Assembly: GCA_041906885.1 (NCBI GenBank)
Contig: JAYRII010000006.1
Location: forward strand, 1 to 63,140
Source: Candidatus Saccharimonadia bacterium
Lineage (GTDB): Bacteria; Patescibacteriota; Saccharimonadia; CAILAD01; CAZGYV01
Length of the DNA stretch: 63,140 bases
Direction of reading: 5' to 3'
This document shows positions 45,613 to 54,923 of this stretch, in pieces. The translations under genes and the position numbers were made by a program. How positions within the stretch are numbered: the stretch's first letter is position 1; the number at the start of each line of letters is the position of its first letter. The notes under the pieces are model-generated. The model saw only the letters and a list, made by a program, of their open reading frames with translations, did not search any database and was not told the DNA's origin.

Positions 45613-46251
45613 ATGCAAGTACTTATTAATTTAGTACCAGAAGCAAGGCTGGTTAAGCTCAAGCAAAAGCGTAACAAACGCTTACTGACTACGCTGACTA
45701 TTCTGACTGCTATCGTGATGGCAACTATTGTTGGTACTTTGATAGTGCTTATTATCGCCAATACGGCACTTTATGCCGCCAACGAGGGCGCTATTAAGGA
45801 TAAAAAGTCCGAGATTGCCGAGATCAATAAAAGTAATATGGAGCAGAATGCCGCTACCCTGCAAGAACACTTAGCCTCGTTTAAGACCTTAAATGATAGT
45901 CGCTTGTATGCCAGTAAGGTTTTTGCTGAATTTAGTGAAACGATTCAGCCTAATGTGACCGTCAAGACTTTTGATATTGCCGATGGATACGTCGTCTCAG
46001 TCACTGGCACAGCTAAATCCAACCAAGACGTCAGTAAGTTTGTCAACGCCATTGAAGAGTATGGCACGACTTACAAGAAAAAGCCGGATGCCGACCCGAC
46101 CGATTATTTTACTGGAGTTGATATTGCTTCAGTGGGCAAAGGTGGCGATAGTGGTGGCGATGGCGTGTCATTTTCCTTGACCTTTAAAGCTAACGAAAGC
46201 GTATTTAGTAAAACTAATCCAACCAAGAGTGGGCAAAATAATGGGCATTAA
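45613..46251 (+). CDS. pilN: PilN-like pilus assembly protein
   Basis: 'INLVPE' start, a single TM segment, and its position after pilM. Confidence 0.65.
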   Translation: MQVLINLVPEARLVKLKQKRNKRLLTTLTILTAIVMATIVGTLIVLIIANTALYAANEGAIKDKKSEIAEINKSNMEQNAATLQEHLASFKTLNDSRLYASKVFAEFSETIQPNVTVKTFDIADGYVVSVTGTAKSNQDVSKFVNAIEEYGTTYKKKPDADPTDYFTGVDIASVGKGGDSGGDGVSFSLTFKANESVFSKTNPTKSGQNNGH

Positions 46252-46987
46252 AACTGATGAAAAACAATTGAAGCAAGCTAAAAAGGTGCAGACACCCAAG
46301 ACGGAGGTGTCGTTGGCCCAAGCTCAGACAGCTAAGCATTTCTATCTGATTGCTAGCTTGATCTTGGTTGTCATCATAATTGGTGGTGGCTACGCGTCGT
46401 ATCGGCTTTTTACCAACTATATCCATAAGCTTAATGAGATAAAGGCCCAAAATAAGTTGGTCAGTAGTCTTGATCAAAAAATAAAAGACCTTGATGCCTT
46501 GAAGGTCACCTACGCCCAGATTACTGATTCTAAGGGCGGTACAGGCAGTGATGCTGATGCCATTTTGCGCGCCTTGCCTGTCACAGAAGATTATAAATCA
46601 CTCATCGCTATGCTAGAGAATATGGTCAATGTCAGCGGGGTGTCACTTGATTCGGTGTCCAAGACCAGTGCTTCAGGTGCAACCGCAGCACCGGCCGGAA
46701 GTAGTGGTAGTACTGCTACAACGCCGGGCGCGTCTGGTAGTGGCACGACTGGCGCCCAATCGCCCCAGCCAGTAGTATTTTCGGTTAGTATCAGCGGTCC
46801 TTACGATAAAATTATTCGATTTCTTGATAATACCGAGAAATCTGCTCGAGTGATTAACTTTAAAAGTATGCAGATTTCTAATGATGGTGGCAGTGGTGGT
46901 ACTAATTCAGTCAAGGCCAGTCTGACTATGGAAACCTATTATCAAGATAAAGCCAACATCGAGTCAACTCAGGAGGACTTGAAGTAA
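46241..46987 (+). CDS. PilO-like pilus assembly protein
   Basis: Single TM segment, a coiled-coil, and a Ser/Gly/Thr/Ala-rich linker. An alternative GTG start is at 46229. Confidence 0.5.
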   Translation: MGIKTDEKQLKQAKKVQTPKTEVSLAQAQTAKHFYLIASLILVVIIIGGGYASYRLFTNYIHKLNEIKAQNKLVSSLDQKIKDLDALKVTYAQITDSKGGTGSDADAILRALPVTEDYKSLIAMLENMVNVSGVSLDSVSKTSASGATAAPAGSSGSTATTPGASGSGTTGAQSPQPVVFSVSISGPYDKIIRFLDNTEKSARVINFKSMQISNDGGSGGTNSVKASLTMETYYQDKANIESTQEDLK

Positions 46988-47238
46988 TGAAGCGAAAAGA
47001 TATCGTATCTCTAGTGATCGCAATCGTCATCTTCATGGTAGCAGCGGGTGTGATCTATCTCTATGTCGTACCACCACCAAAAGATACTGGTATTAAGGTA
47101 GAAGTACCACGCAAAGTTGTATCTGAGTTTGATATGTCAACCATCAATGGTGTCTTACTCAACAAAGACAAGGTACAAGACTTTACGCCTGATATCAATC
47201 CAGATCCTAATGCCAAGCCGAAGCCAATTGTTCAGTAG
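46987..47238 (+). CDS. small single-TM protein in the pil operon
   Basis: 83 aa. Start overlaps the upstream stop (TAATG). Confidence 0.5.
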   Translation: MKRKDIVSLVIAIVIFMVAAGVIYLYVVPPPKDTGIKVEVPRKVVSEFDMSTINGVLLNKDKVQDFTPDINPDPNAKPKPIVQ

Positions 47239-47247
47239 GAGGCTGCC

Positions 47248-49047
47248 ATGTTGACGAGCGATATGGAAAACAAAATCGAGGAATTTATCCTCAAGTACGA
47301 CCTTGTTGGCAAACAAGATCTAAATAAGCTGCGTGATGAAGCTAAGAAGCAGAATAAGCCCCTCGTCCAATATCTGATCGAAAAGGGTGCCATCTCCGAA
47401 GAAGATAGTGTCAAAATTAATGCTCTTATCTCGCATATTCCATATGTTGATCTGAAGAATAAGACCATTGAGGCTGATATTCTAAATCTAATCCCCAAAG
47501 ATCTCGCACAAACCTATATGGCGGTGCCGTTTGGTCTTGTCGATGGCCAGCTCAATGTCGCCATGGTAGATCCAACCAATCTGCAGGCGGTTGACTTCTT
47601 GACTCGCAAAACCGGTCACTTTGTCAGTGCTTTTATGACAACCAAACAAAACGTTATGCGCATTATCGACACCTATCAGACGACGCTTGACGTTGACGTA
47701 GTACAGGCGCTTGGGCGAGCTGCCACCGAAGATAAGACTGATGTGGGAGTCGAGGGCATGGCCAAACAAAAAGCTTCCAGTCAGGTAACTGAGGTGCAAA
47801 ATTTTATCCAAGACGCACCGATTACCAGGGCTTTAAATACCATCTTGGAGTATGCTATCGAGTCAAAAGCCTCAGATATTCACATTGAGCCGCGCGCTAA
47901 AGATCTCAAGATTCGTTTTCGGATTGATGGCCTTTTGCAGGACACCATGACCCTGCCGAAGACAATCGAGCCAGCCTTGATCTCACGCATTAAGATTCTG
48001 TCTAATCTTAAGATTGATGAGCACCGCATCCCTCAAGATGGGCAGGCCAGCTACGTAATTAGTCATCGCGAGGTCGACTTACGTATCGCGATCGCACCGA
48101 TTACCTATGGTGAGCAGGTGGTGATTCGTGTTCTAGACAAATCCGATTCATTGATCAACTTAGACTCCTTGGGCTTTAAAGGTCGATCGTATCGGCTGAT
48201 TCAAGAGGGTATGAAAAAGCCACACGGTATGATTCTCTCAACTGGCCCGACCGGCTCGGGTAAAAGTACCACGCTCTATGCTGTCATCCAGGAGATCAAG
48301 AATGTCAGCCTGAATATCGTCACTCTCGAAGATCCGGTGGAGTACAAAATGGACGGTATCAATCAAATCCAAGTCAATACAGCGGTTGGTCTGACTTTTG
48401 CGTCGGGCCTGCGCTCGATTTTGCGTCAGGACCCGAATGTCGTGATGGTTGGTGAGATCCGTGACCAAGAGACAGCCGATCTGGCCGTCCAAGCGGCTCT
48501 GACAGGCCACATCGTGCTCTCGACATTACACACCAATTCGGCTTCTGGGGTTTTGCCGCGTTTACTCGATATGAAGGTTGAGCCGTTTTTAATCGCCAGC
48601 ACAGTCAATACTGTGATTGGTCAGCGGTTAGTCCGAAAAGTTTGTGATTCATGTAAGAAGGCTTTTTCATCGACTCAAGCTGCTACCGATATGATCAATA
48701 AGGCTTTGAGTCTAGTTTTACCCAAGAATGAGGCTGAGGTAAAGGCAAAAATGGAGGAACTTGGTTATGATAATTTGCCAATTTACAATCAAAAAGCTTA
48801 TACTTTATACAAGGGTGAGGGCTGCAAGGTGTGTCTCAATGGCTACAAAGGCCGCACCGGTATTTATGAAGTTTTTGCGATGAATGATGCCATGGAGAAA
48901 CTGCTTGTGTCGCACGCCACCACGACCGATATACAAAGACAAGCTCAAAAAGACGGTATGCTGACCATGCAACAAGATGGCTTACTCAAGGTTTTGGCTG
49001 GTATCACAACGATTGAGGAAGTGGCTCGCGTCGCCAGTGATTATTAG
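47248..49047 (+). CDS. pilB: type IV pilus assembly ATPase PilB (GspE family)
   Basis: 'GMILSTGPTGSGKSTTLY' Walker A, 'MVGEIRDQETA', 'LTGHIVLSTLHTN', and a C-terminal CxxC...CxxC cluster. Confidence 0.92.
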   Translation: MLTSDMENKIEEFILKYDLVGKQDLNKLRDEAKKQNKPLVQYLIEKGAISEEDSVKINALISHIPYVDLKNKTIEADILNLIPKDLAQTYMAVPFGLVDGQLNVAMVDPTNLQAVDFLTRKTGHFVSAFMTTKQNVMRIIDTYQTTLDVDVVQALGRAATEDKTDVGVEGMAKQKASSQVTEVQNFIQDAPITRALNTILEYAIESKASDIHIEPRAKDLKIRFRIDGLLQDTMTLPKTIEPALISRIKILSNLKIDEHRIPQDGQASYVISHREVDLRIAIAPITYGEQVVIRVLDKSDSLINLDSLGFKGRSYRLIQEGMKKPHGMILSTGPTGSGKSTTLYAVIQEIKNVSLNIVTLEDPVEYKMDGINQIQVNTAVGLTFASGLRSILRQDPNVVMVGEIRDQETADLAVQAALTGHIVLSTLHTNSASGVLPRLLDMKVEPFLIASTVNTVIGQRLVRKVCDSCKKAFSSTQAATDMINKALSLVLPKNEAEVKAKMEELGYDNLPIYNQKAYTLYKGEGCKVCLNGYKGRTGIYEVFAMNDAMEKLLVSHATTTDIQRQAQKDGMLTMQQDGLLKVLAGITTIEEVARVASDY

Positions 49048-49076
49048 AAATTATTTAATAGTACAAGAGGGTAAAA

Positions 49077-50147
49077 GTGGAAAGTAAAAGTCTAAGAATC
49101 GAACCGTATCTAGACCAAGTCATTAAACGAGATGCGTCCGACTTGCACTTGCAGGTTGGCTTACCGCCAATGCTCAGAATTGATGGCGCGCTCAAACCAG
49201 CCGAAGACTCAAAAGAACTGACCGAGAAAGATATTGAGACTTTGATTTATGCTCTCCTCGACGAGGAGCAGAAGCAGGTTCTGATTCGCGACAAAGAGAT
49301 TGATTTCTCGTTTGCTTATGGCGATCTGGGTCGCTTTCGTGTCAACTCATTCCACGAAAAGGGCACGATCGCTACGGCCATGCGCCTCATTCCGACTAAA
49401 ATTCGCACCCTTGATGAGCTTGGTATGCCCAAGGTGGTCAGTACTATGACTGATTACCCGCGCGGTCTGGTACTTGTGACTGGCCCGACTGGTTCGGGTA
49501 AGAGCACCACCTTAGCTGCTATGATTGACCTGATCAATACCAATAAAGCGATGCATATCATTACGATCGAGGATCCGATCGAATACCAACATCATCACAA
49601 GAAGTCAATCGTTGTCCAGCGTGAGGTGCACTTCGATACAGTTAGCTTCGGTGCGGCCCTGCGCAGCGCTCTGCGTGAAGATCCCGATGTGGTCCTGATT
49701 GGTGAGATGCGTGATCTCGAGACGATCGCCACAGCTATCACTATCGCTGAGACCGGCCACTTAGTACTAGCAACTTTACACACCAATTCAGCCGCTCAAT
49801 CAGTCGATCGTATGATCGATGTCTTTCCACCACACCAACAGCAGCAGATTCGTATTCAGCTCTCGGGCGTGCTGCAAGGTATTGTCTCGCAGCGCCTCAT
49901 CCCGATGGTTGGGGGTGGTCGAATCGCCGCTGCCGAAGTCATGATCGCCACACCAGCGGTGCGCAATATCGTGCGTGAGAGCAAAACTCACCAACTTGAG
50001 GCTGTCATTCAGACCGGTGCTGAGCACGGTATGCAGTCGATGGACAAGACTTTAGTTGGTCTGATTCACGAAGGTAAGATCAGTTACGAAGAAGCCAAGA
50101 ACTACGCCATTGACCTCGAAGAGCTTGACCGCATGATGAGGAAATAA
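49077..50147 (+). CDS. pilT: twitching-motility retraction ATPase PilT (GTG start)
   Basis: 'LVLVTGPTGSGKSTTLAAMI', 'LIGEMRDLETI' and 'ETGHLVLATLHTNSAAQSVDR'. Confidence 0.93.
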   Translation: MESKSLRIEPYLDQVIKRDASDLHLQVGLPPMLRIDGALKPAEDSKELTEKDIETLIYALLDEEQKQVLIRDKEIDFSFAYGDLGRFRVNSFHEKGTIATAMRLIPTKIRTLDELGMPKVVSTMTDYPRGLVLVTGPTGSGKSTTLAAMIDLINTNKAMHIITIEDPIEYQHHHKKSIVVQREVHFDTVSFGAALRSALREDPDVVLIGEMRDLETIATAITIAETGHLVLATLHTNSAAQSVDRMIDVFPPHQQQQIRIQLSGVLQGIVSQRLIPMVGGGRIAAAEVMIATPAVRNIVRESKTHQLEAVIQTGAEHGMQSMDKTLVGLIHEGKISYEEAKNYAIDLEELDRMMRK

Positions 50148-50161
50148 AACTTCTAAGATTT

Positions 50162-51439
50162 ATGATCGATTTTATTTATACAGCAAGGGAGAAGGACACC
50201 GGCAAGCTTGTCAAAGGCACGATCGCGGCCGATAGTGAGACAGCGGCTGGTCGGCTTTTGATTGAGAAAAATCTCTTTCCGGTTAAGTTTACGCTCAAGA
50301 GTCAGCAAACTATTGCTGGTATCAATGTATCGGGGCTGAGCCGGGTTAGTGGCAAAGACCGGGTCATATTTACGCGGCAATTGGCCACTCTGATCAAAGC
50401 CGGTCTGCCGATCGTCCAAGCACTCTCGACTGCCTCAGAGCAAGTCCAAAGCCAGAAGTTCAAGGATATTTTAGAACGCATCAAGGGCTCGGTCGAGGGG
50501 GGAGCCAGCTTATCCGACTCATTTGCCCAATTCCCGGAGGTCTTTAACCAGACATACATCAGCCTGGTCGCGGCTGGTGAAGCTTCTGGCACGCTCGATA
50601 AGACGCTCGAACGCTTGGCTAGCCAGCAGGAGAAGGAAATGGCTATCATCTCCAAGGTGCGCGGCGCTCTAATCTATCCACTGCTGGTGCTAGCGACCAT
50701 CATCGGTGTCTTGGCTTTTATGCTGGTCAGTGTCTTGCCCCAGATTGCGCAGCTCTATAAGGAGCTCGGTAAGCAATTGCCGCCACTGACATCTGCCTTG
50801 ATCGCTGTGCAGCAGTTCACGACTAAGTTCTGGTGGCTGACACTAGCTATGATCGTCGCGGCCGTGCTGGGCATCAGGGCCTATACCAAGACGCCCCATG
50901 GACGGCGCAACATGGACCGCTTCAAGCTTAATATGCCGGCCTTTAAGACGCTCTTTCGCAAGGTCTATATGGCTCGCTTTACGCGCACGCTCGGCTCGCT
51001 GGTAGCCTCTGGTGTGCCGCTCTTGGAGGCTCTGGCGATTTGCTCTGAGGCTGTTAATAACTTGATCATCAAAGAAATTATTGATCACGCTGCCCAGCAG
51101 GTGAAAGGTGGTAAAGCGCTGTCGCTCACGCTATCGAATAATCAGTATTTCTTGCACCTGGTGCCACAGATGATCAAGATCGGTGAGGACTCTGGTACAC
51201 TCTCGGATATGCTCGATAAGGTGGCTAGCTTCTACGAGGACGAGGTCGACCAGACGGTCAAGAATATCTCGACTATCATTGAGCCAGTCTTGATGATTGT
51301 GCTTGGCTTCATGGTATTTTTCATAATTATCGCTATTCTATACCCAGTCTACTCGCTGGTGGGTGGGGGAATAGGTAGCGGCCAGAGTATAGGTGGCTCG
51401 TCTACTAATACTAGTGGCAGTACTGGGACAGCAAAATAG
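50162..51439 (+). CDS. pilC: type IV pilus platform protein PilC (GspF family)
   Basis: Two GspF repeats ('FTRQLATLIKAGLPI...', 'FTRTLGSLVASGVPLLEAL') and 3 TM segments. Confidence 0.9.
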   Translation: MIDFIYTAREKDTGKLVKGTIAADSETAAGRLLIEKNLFPVKFTLKSQQTIAGINVSGLSRVSGKDRVIFTRQLATLIKAGLPIVQALSTASEQVQSQKFKDILERIKGSVEGGASLSDSFAQFPEVFNQTYISLVAAGEASGTLDKTLERLASQQEKEMAIISKVRGALIYPLLVLATIIGVLAFMLVSVLPQIAQLYKELGKQLPPLTSALIAVQQFTTKFWWLTLAMIVAAVLGIRAYTKTPHGRRNMDRFKLNMPAFKTLFRKVYMARFTRTLGSLVASGVPLLEALAICSEAVNNLIIKEIIDHAAQQVKGGKALSLTLSNNQYFLHLVPQMIKIGEDSGTLSDMLDKVASFYEDEVDQTVKNISTIIEPVLMIVLGFMVFFIIIAILYPVYSLVGGGIGSGQSIGGSSTNTSGSTGTAK

Positions 51440-51518
51440 CTATTTGTAAGAAGTAATATATTTCTTACAAAAAACTGTTTGACTTCACGGGAGTCTTGTA
51501 ATAAAGTAAGCACAAGCG

Positions 51519-51654
51519 CTTTTATATACGCTTCTATACTCTCGTATAAATAACAAAACTCAAGGAGGAGGTAAGAAATATCATGCAATTAACTAAGAAA
51601 AAAGGTTTCACCCTGATTGAAATCGTTATCGTGCTGGCGATTGCGGCACTGATA
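51519..51654. repeat. left arm of a perfect 136-bp inverted repeat (pilin 5' UTR plus the first 24 codons)
   Basis: Reverse complement of 52445-52580 with no mismatch by eye. Confidence 0.85.
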
Positions 51655-51984
51655 CTTATCATTGTGTTCTTGGCGGTGTCAGGTGCGCAAAGGGAGAGAA
51701 GAAACGACGGACGTAAAAATATCGCTGGGCAAGTGGTTGCAGCTGTTCAAACATTTCAGGGAAATAATGGTGGCGCTTTACCAACAAATGCCTCACCATC
51801 TACCCAGTTGCAAAGTATTGTTATAAATAGAGATGTACCGGGAGTGGGTACTATGACAATTAACGTGTCCGCCCTACCGTCTTGTACGAATACAGGAAGT
51901 GCCATAGTAACATTTAATGGATCTACTACTGTTCGCGCATGTCTAGAAGGTAACGGAACCACTGGATACGACCTTACATTGTAG
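51583..51984 (+). CDS. type IV pilin (prepilin with a G|FTLIE cleavage/methylation site)
   Basis: 'MQLTKKKGFTLIEIVIVLAIAALIL'. Confidence 0.85.
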   Translation: MQLTKKKGFTLIEIVIVLAIAALILIIVFLAVSGAQRERRNDGRKNIAGQVVAAVQTFQGNNGGALPTNASPSTQLQSIVINRDVPGVGTMTINVSALPSCTNTGSAIVTFNGSTTVRACLEGNGTTGYDLTL

Positions 51985-52005
51985 GTTAGTGTGACAGTGA
52001 CTTCA

Positions 52006-52036
52006 TTAAAAAAGACCCTCAAAGGGTCTTTTTTAA
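52006..52036. terminator. bidirectional terminator between the convergent pilin genes
   Basis: AAAAAAGACCCT-caa-AGGGTCTTTTTT. Confidence 0.8.
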
Positions 52037-52051
52037 TGAAACTACCTTACT

Positions 52052-52516
52052 CTACGAAGCGTTATCGATACAAACTACCGTATTACCACTTTCCACCCAG
52101 TAGGTAATAGCTAGAGTGTTTCTACTTGGTGTGTGAGTTACTCCATTAAAGGTTTGTGCTGTGTTAGCTATGCCTCCAGCAGCAGTACATACGTAGGCGT
52201 CTCTATACCTAAATCTTTGGCCGGCGGTAGATGTGGCAGCTGCGTTATTGTAGTTCGGATCTTCACCTTGTCCATTTTGAATGCCTTGGGTGTAGTTACC
52301 TGGTAGATTAGCACCTAAAGGCAAGGTGCCTCCATTATTCGCGAAGTTTTCAAACTGCGCAGAAAGACGAGCTGCGGCATTTTTAGTCACATCGTCACGT
52401 CTAGAACGCTGTGCACCCCCGACAGCTAGGAATACTATCACTAATATCAGTGCCGCAATCGCCAGCACGATAACGATTTCAATCAGGGTGAAACCTTTTT
52501 TCTTAGTTAATTGCAT
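52052..52516 (-). CDS. type IV pilin, second variant, convergent with 51583
   Basis: The first 24 residues are encoded by DNA identical to the 51583 gene. The C-terminal domain is divergent. Confidence 0.85.
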   Translation of the reverse strand: MQLTKKKGFTLIEIVIVLAIAALILVIVFLAVGGAQRSRRDDVTKNAAARLSAQFENFANNGGTLPLGANLPGNYTQGIQNGQGEDPNYNNAAATSTAGQRFRYRDAYVCTAAGGIANTAQTFNGVTHTPSRNTLAITYWVESGNTVVCIDNAS

Positions 52517-52580
52517 GATATTTCTTACCTCCTCCTTGAGTTTTGTTATTTATACGAGAGTATAGAAGCGTATATAAAAG
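52445..52580. repeat. right arm of the perfect 136-bp inverted repeat
   Basis: See the left arm. A strong hairpin, GCGCCGC-n8-GCGGCGC (52584-52605), lies just outside it. Confidence 0.85.
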
Positions 52581-52669
52581 AAGTGCGCCGCTTTCAAAAG
52601 CGGCGCAGGGTACTCTAGGCAGTTTTGGCATACAAAAATGTGCTACAATTATAAGCGTAAGAATTTATT

Positions 52670-53290
52670 ATGATCAAAGCTACAAAACAAACCCGTCATT
52701 CTGGGTCACAAACCTGTCGTCCTGAACAGCGCTCGCTGACTCATCCCCGTCATTCTGGCTTGCGTGGCCGTCATTCTGAATTTATTTCAGAATCTACATT
52801 GAGTGCTAACAAGATCCTGAAACGAGTTCAGGATGACATTAGAAGTCAGGGTGATAACAAAGGCCGGGGTGGCGTTCAAATCCAAGGTAGCACTACCCAA
52901 AGGGGCTTCACGATCGTCGAGACGCTCTTTGTGCTCGCAATCGGCGGACTGATCTTGATAATGACATTCCTAGCGCTCGGCCAGACCAATCGCTCTAAGC
53001 GCGACGCCCAGCGCAAGACGGACTTTGCTAAGATCAATCAGAATATCGCCTCCTGGACAAATGAGCACCATGGTATATTGCCGACTGGTACTGCTGCAGT
53101 ACAGACTGCATCGGCACCAATACCCGATTCGCCAGATGGGAGTGGAAATCCATATGATGTGACCGCTACTTCCATCACTACTGCTTGCGGCGCTGGGTCA
53201 ACGAACAATATCTACTACGAGCGGACAAACGATAGATCATACAAAATAAAAATCTGTTTAGAATCAGGAGAATTCATTGAAAACCACTAA
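52670..53290 (+). CDS. pilin-like protein (G|FTIVE site); true start uncertain
   Basis: 'QRGFTIVETLFVLAIGGLILIMTF'. The only in-frame ATG lies about 75 codons upstream, and the ORF there reads through repeat elements. In-frame TTG codons also exist. Confidence 0.6.
   Translation: MIKATKQTRHSGSQTCRPEQRSLTHPRHSGLRGRHSEFISESTLSANKILKRVQDDIRSQGDNKGRGGVQIQGSTTQRGFTIVETLFVLAIGGLILIMTFLALGQTNRSKRDAQRKTDFAKINQNIASWTNEHHGILPTGTAAVQTASAPIPDSPDGSGNPYDVTATSITTACGAGSTNNIYYERTNDRSYKIKICLESGEFIENH
52693..52837. repeat. cluster of three half-sites plus one full 68-bp element (52770-52837)
   Basis: GTCATTCTGAATTTATTTCAGAATCTAC-ATTGAGTGCTAACAA-GATCCTGAAACGAGTTCAGGATGAC. Confidence 0.8.
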
Positions 53291-53927
53291 CAAAAATGGC
53301 TTTACTTTAATTGAAATAATAATAGTTTTGGCGATTGGTGCTTTGATAGTTCTGATTGCATTTATTGGTGTACCAATGGCCAAGCGTATGATACGTGACA
53401 ATCAGCGCAAGAGTGATCTAGAGAACACGGCAATTGCCTTTAAAGCTTTCCAAAGTGCTCACAATGGCTGCTTACCGACCTGGCTTGATAATGGAACTAT
53501 AGGGCCGCCCATGTATCCTCCGAGGCGTCCTGAATTGCCGCCTTTTCCTGCTGATTGTGAAAATAGTTATCTATTTGGTGCTGCCATGGCCGGCATAAGT
53601 CCAATGCTTGACGCAAGTAAGCTTATTGCTGGTGGATATTATCATCCAAATACGTATGGCATTGATCCGCTAGCACGTCAGAGATACCAATGGCACGAAA
53701 TTGGCCCAGATTATGGTATGGGTATGAAACCAGCAACCATGCACCCTAATTGTACGGATGCAGATTCTAAACCCACGGAGAGTACGCCTGCACGAATAAA
53801 ATATTACCGTGAAGTCGATTATAGAACAGTAACTCTTGGTATTGATCGATCGCAGATTCCTCACAGATTTGCACTCGGTATTTGCCTTGAGGCAGGGGAA
53901 GAGTTTATCCAGGAGTTTGACTTCTAG
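53277..53927 (+). CDS. type IV pilin-like protein (TTG start)
   Basis: 'KNGFTLIEIIIVLAIGALIVLIAF'. AGGAG lies 7 nt upstream of the TTG. Confidence 0.8.
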   Translation: MKTTNKNGFTLIEIIIVLAIGALIVLIAFIGVPMAKRMIRDNQRKSDLENTAIAFKAFQSAHNGCLPTWLDNGTIGPPMYPPRRPELPPFPADCENSYLFGAAMAGISPMLDASKLIAGGYYHPNTYGIDPLARQRYQWHEIGPDYGMGMKPATMHPNCTDADSKPTESTPARIKYYREVDYRTVTLGIDRSQIPHRFALGICLEAGEEFIQEFDF

Positions 53928-53975
53928 AGCTCGCTGGTACTAGTCCTTCAGCTTGGCATTTTGAACAGCAATCCC

Positions 53976-54160
53976 GTCATCCTGAACTTGATTCAGAATC
54001 TACGTTGAGTGCCAACAGATCCTTCGACTTCGCTCAGGATGACAATTGTCCTGACCCGCTGACCACTTCTGTCATTCTGATCCGGCGGTTGCCGGAGAAG
54101 AATCTACTCCCGCTACGAAGCAGATCCTGAATAGTGAGCCAGCGAGCACTGCTTAAGGAC
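53976..54160. repeat. one full 68-bp element (53976-54043) plus a second variant element
   Basis: GTCATCCTGAACTTGATTCAGAATCTAC-GTTGAGTGCCAACA-GATCCTTCGACTTCGCTCAGGATGAC, followed by GTCATTCTGATCCGGCGGTTGCCGGAGAAGAATCTAC... Confidence 0.75.
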
Positions 54161-54167
54161 GATTATC

Positions 54168-54196
54168 TTGTATGTTCGTAAATAGTTCGGTATAAT
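54168..54196 (+). promoter_or_regulatory. promoter TTGTAT-17-TATAAT for the coiled-coil gene
   Basis: TTGTAT at 54168-54173 and TATAAT at 54191-54196. Confidence 0.55.
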
Positions 54197-54239
54197 TGAA
54201 TTACTGCAACGGTTATAATGGATGAAAGGGAAGAAGCTT

Positions 54240-54899
54240 ATGGCTCTAACAAAAGAAGACATTTCACAGATCAAAAACCTGATCGACACCATGGATATAT
54301 CACGTATACGCATGGCTATGCGCACAGATATCGAGGAGGTGATGGAGGAGAAGGTTGGTAAATTTGAGATCAAGATTGATCAAAAATTCGCTGATGCTGA
54401 AGTCAAGATCGACCAAAAGTTAGCCGATTTCGAGACGAAGATGTACGAAAAGTTCGCTATCGCTGAGGCTAGTGTAGATGAAAAGTTCGCTATCGCTGAG
54501 GCTAGTGTAGATGAAAAGTTCGCTATCGCTGAGGCTAGTGTAGATGAAAAGTTTGATAATTTCGCTGCCATGGTGCAGAGGCAGTTTGTGCACATCGATA
54601 CTAGGTTTGATAAGCTTGAAGCTAGGTTTGATAAGCTTGAGGCCAGAATGGACAGGCTTGAGGATAGGATGGATAAAATTGAGATCAAGGTTGGTCATCT
54701 AGAAGGGAGAATAGCAAGCATGGAATCAAAGATTTTGGCCATAGAAGCTGAGCTTGAGGAGATTAAAGAAGAGCTCAAGCAGATTAGTACTAGGTCTAAA
54801 GAAGACGCCGATTATCAAGGCTATGAAATCATCAAGCTGGGCCGCCGGGTGACGCAGCTAGAAGATGAGGTGGGTGAGCTTAAGAAAGCTATTAAGTAA
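54240..54899 (+). CDS. coiled-coil repeat protein of unknown function
   Basis: Heptad-like 'D.KF...' repeats, 3x 'EKFAIAEASVD', and 'TRFDKLEARFDKLEARMDRLEDRMDKIE'. Start taken at M7 of the tracked ORF. Confidence 0.6.
   Translation: MALTKEDISQIKNLIDTMDISRIRMAMRTDIEEVMEEKVGKFEIKIDQKFADAEVKIDQKLADFETKMYEKFAIAEASVDEKFAIAEASVDEKFAIAEASVDEKFDNFAAMVQRQFVHIDTRFDKLEARFDKLEARMDRLEDRMDKIEIKVGHLEGRIASMESKILAIEAELEEIKEELKQISTRSKEDADYQGYEIIKLGRRVTQLEDEVGELKKAIK
54447..54545 (+). repeat. perfect 33-bp x3 in-frame tandem repeat, plus a partial fourth unit
   Basis: GAAAAGTTCGCTATCGCTGAGGCTAGTGTAGAT repeated three times. Confidence 0.9.
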
Positions 54900-54923
54900 T
54901 CATAGGTCTCCCCGGCACATAGA

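Noticed and set aside
54380-54698. Antisense ORFs across the coiled-coil gene
   Set aside because: They are repetitive, stop-poor antisense frames of a tandem-repeat region. The sense frame has a promoter, a Shine-Dalgarno sequence and a heptad pattern.
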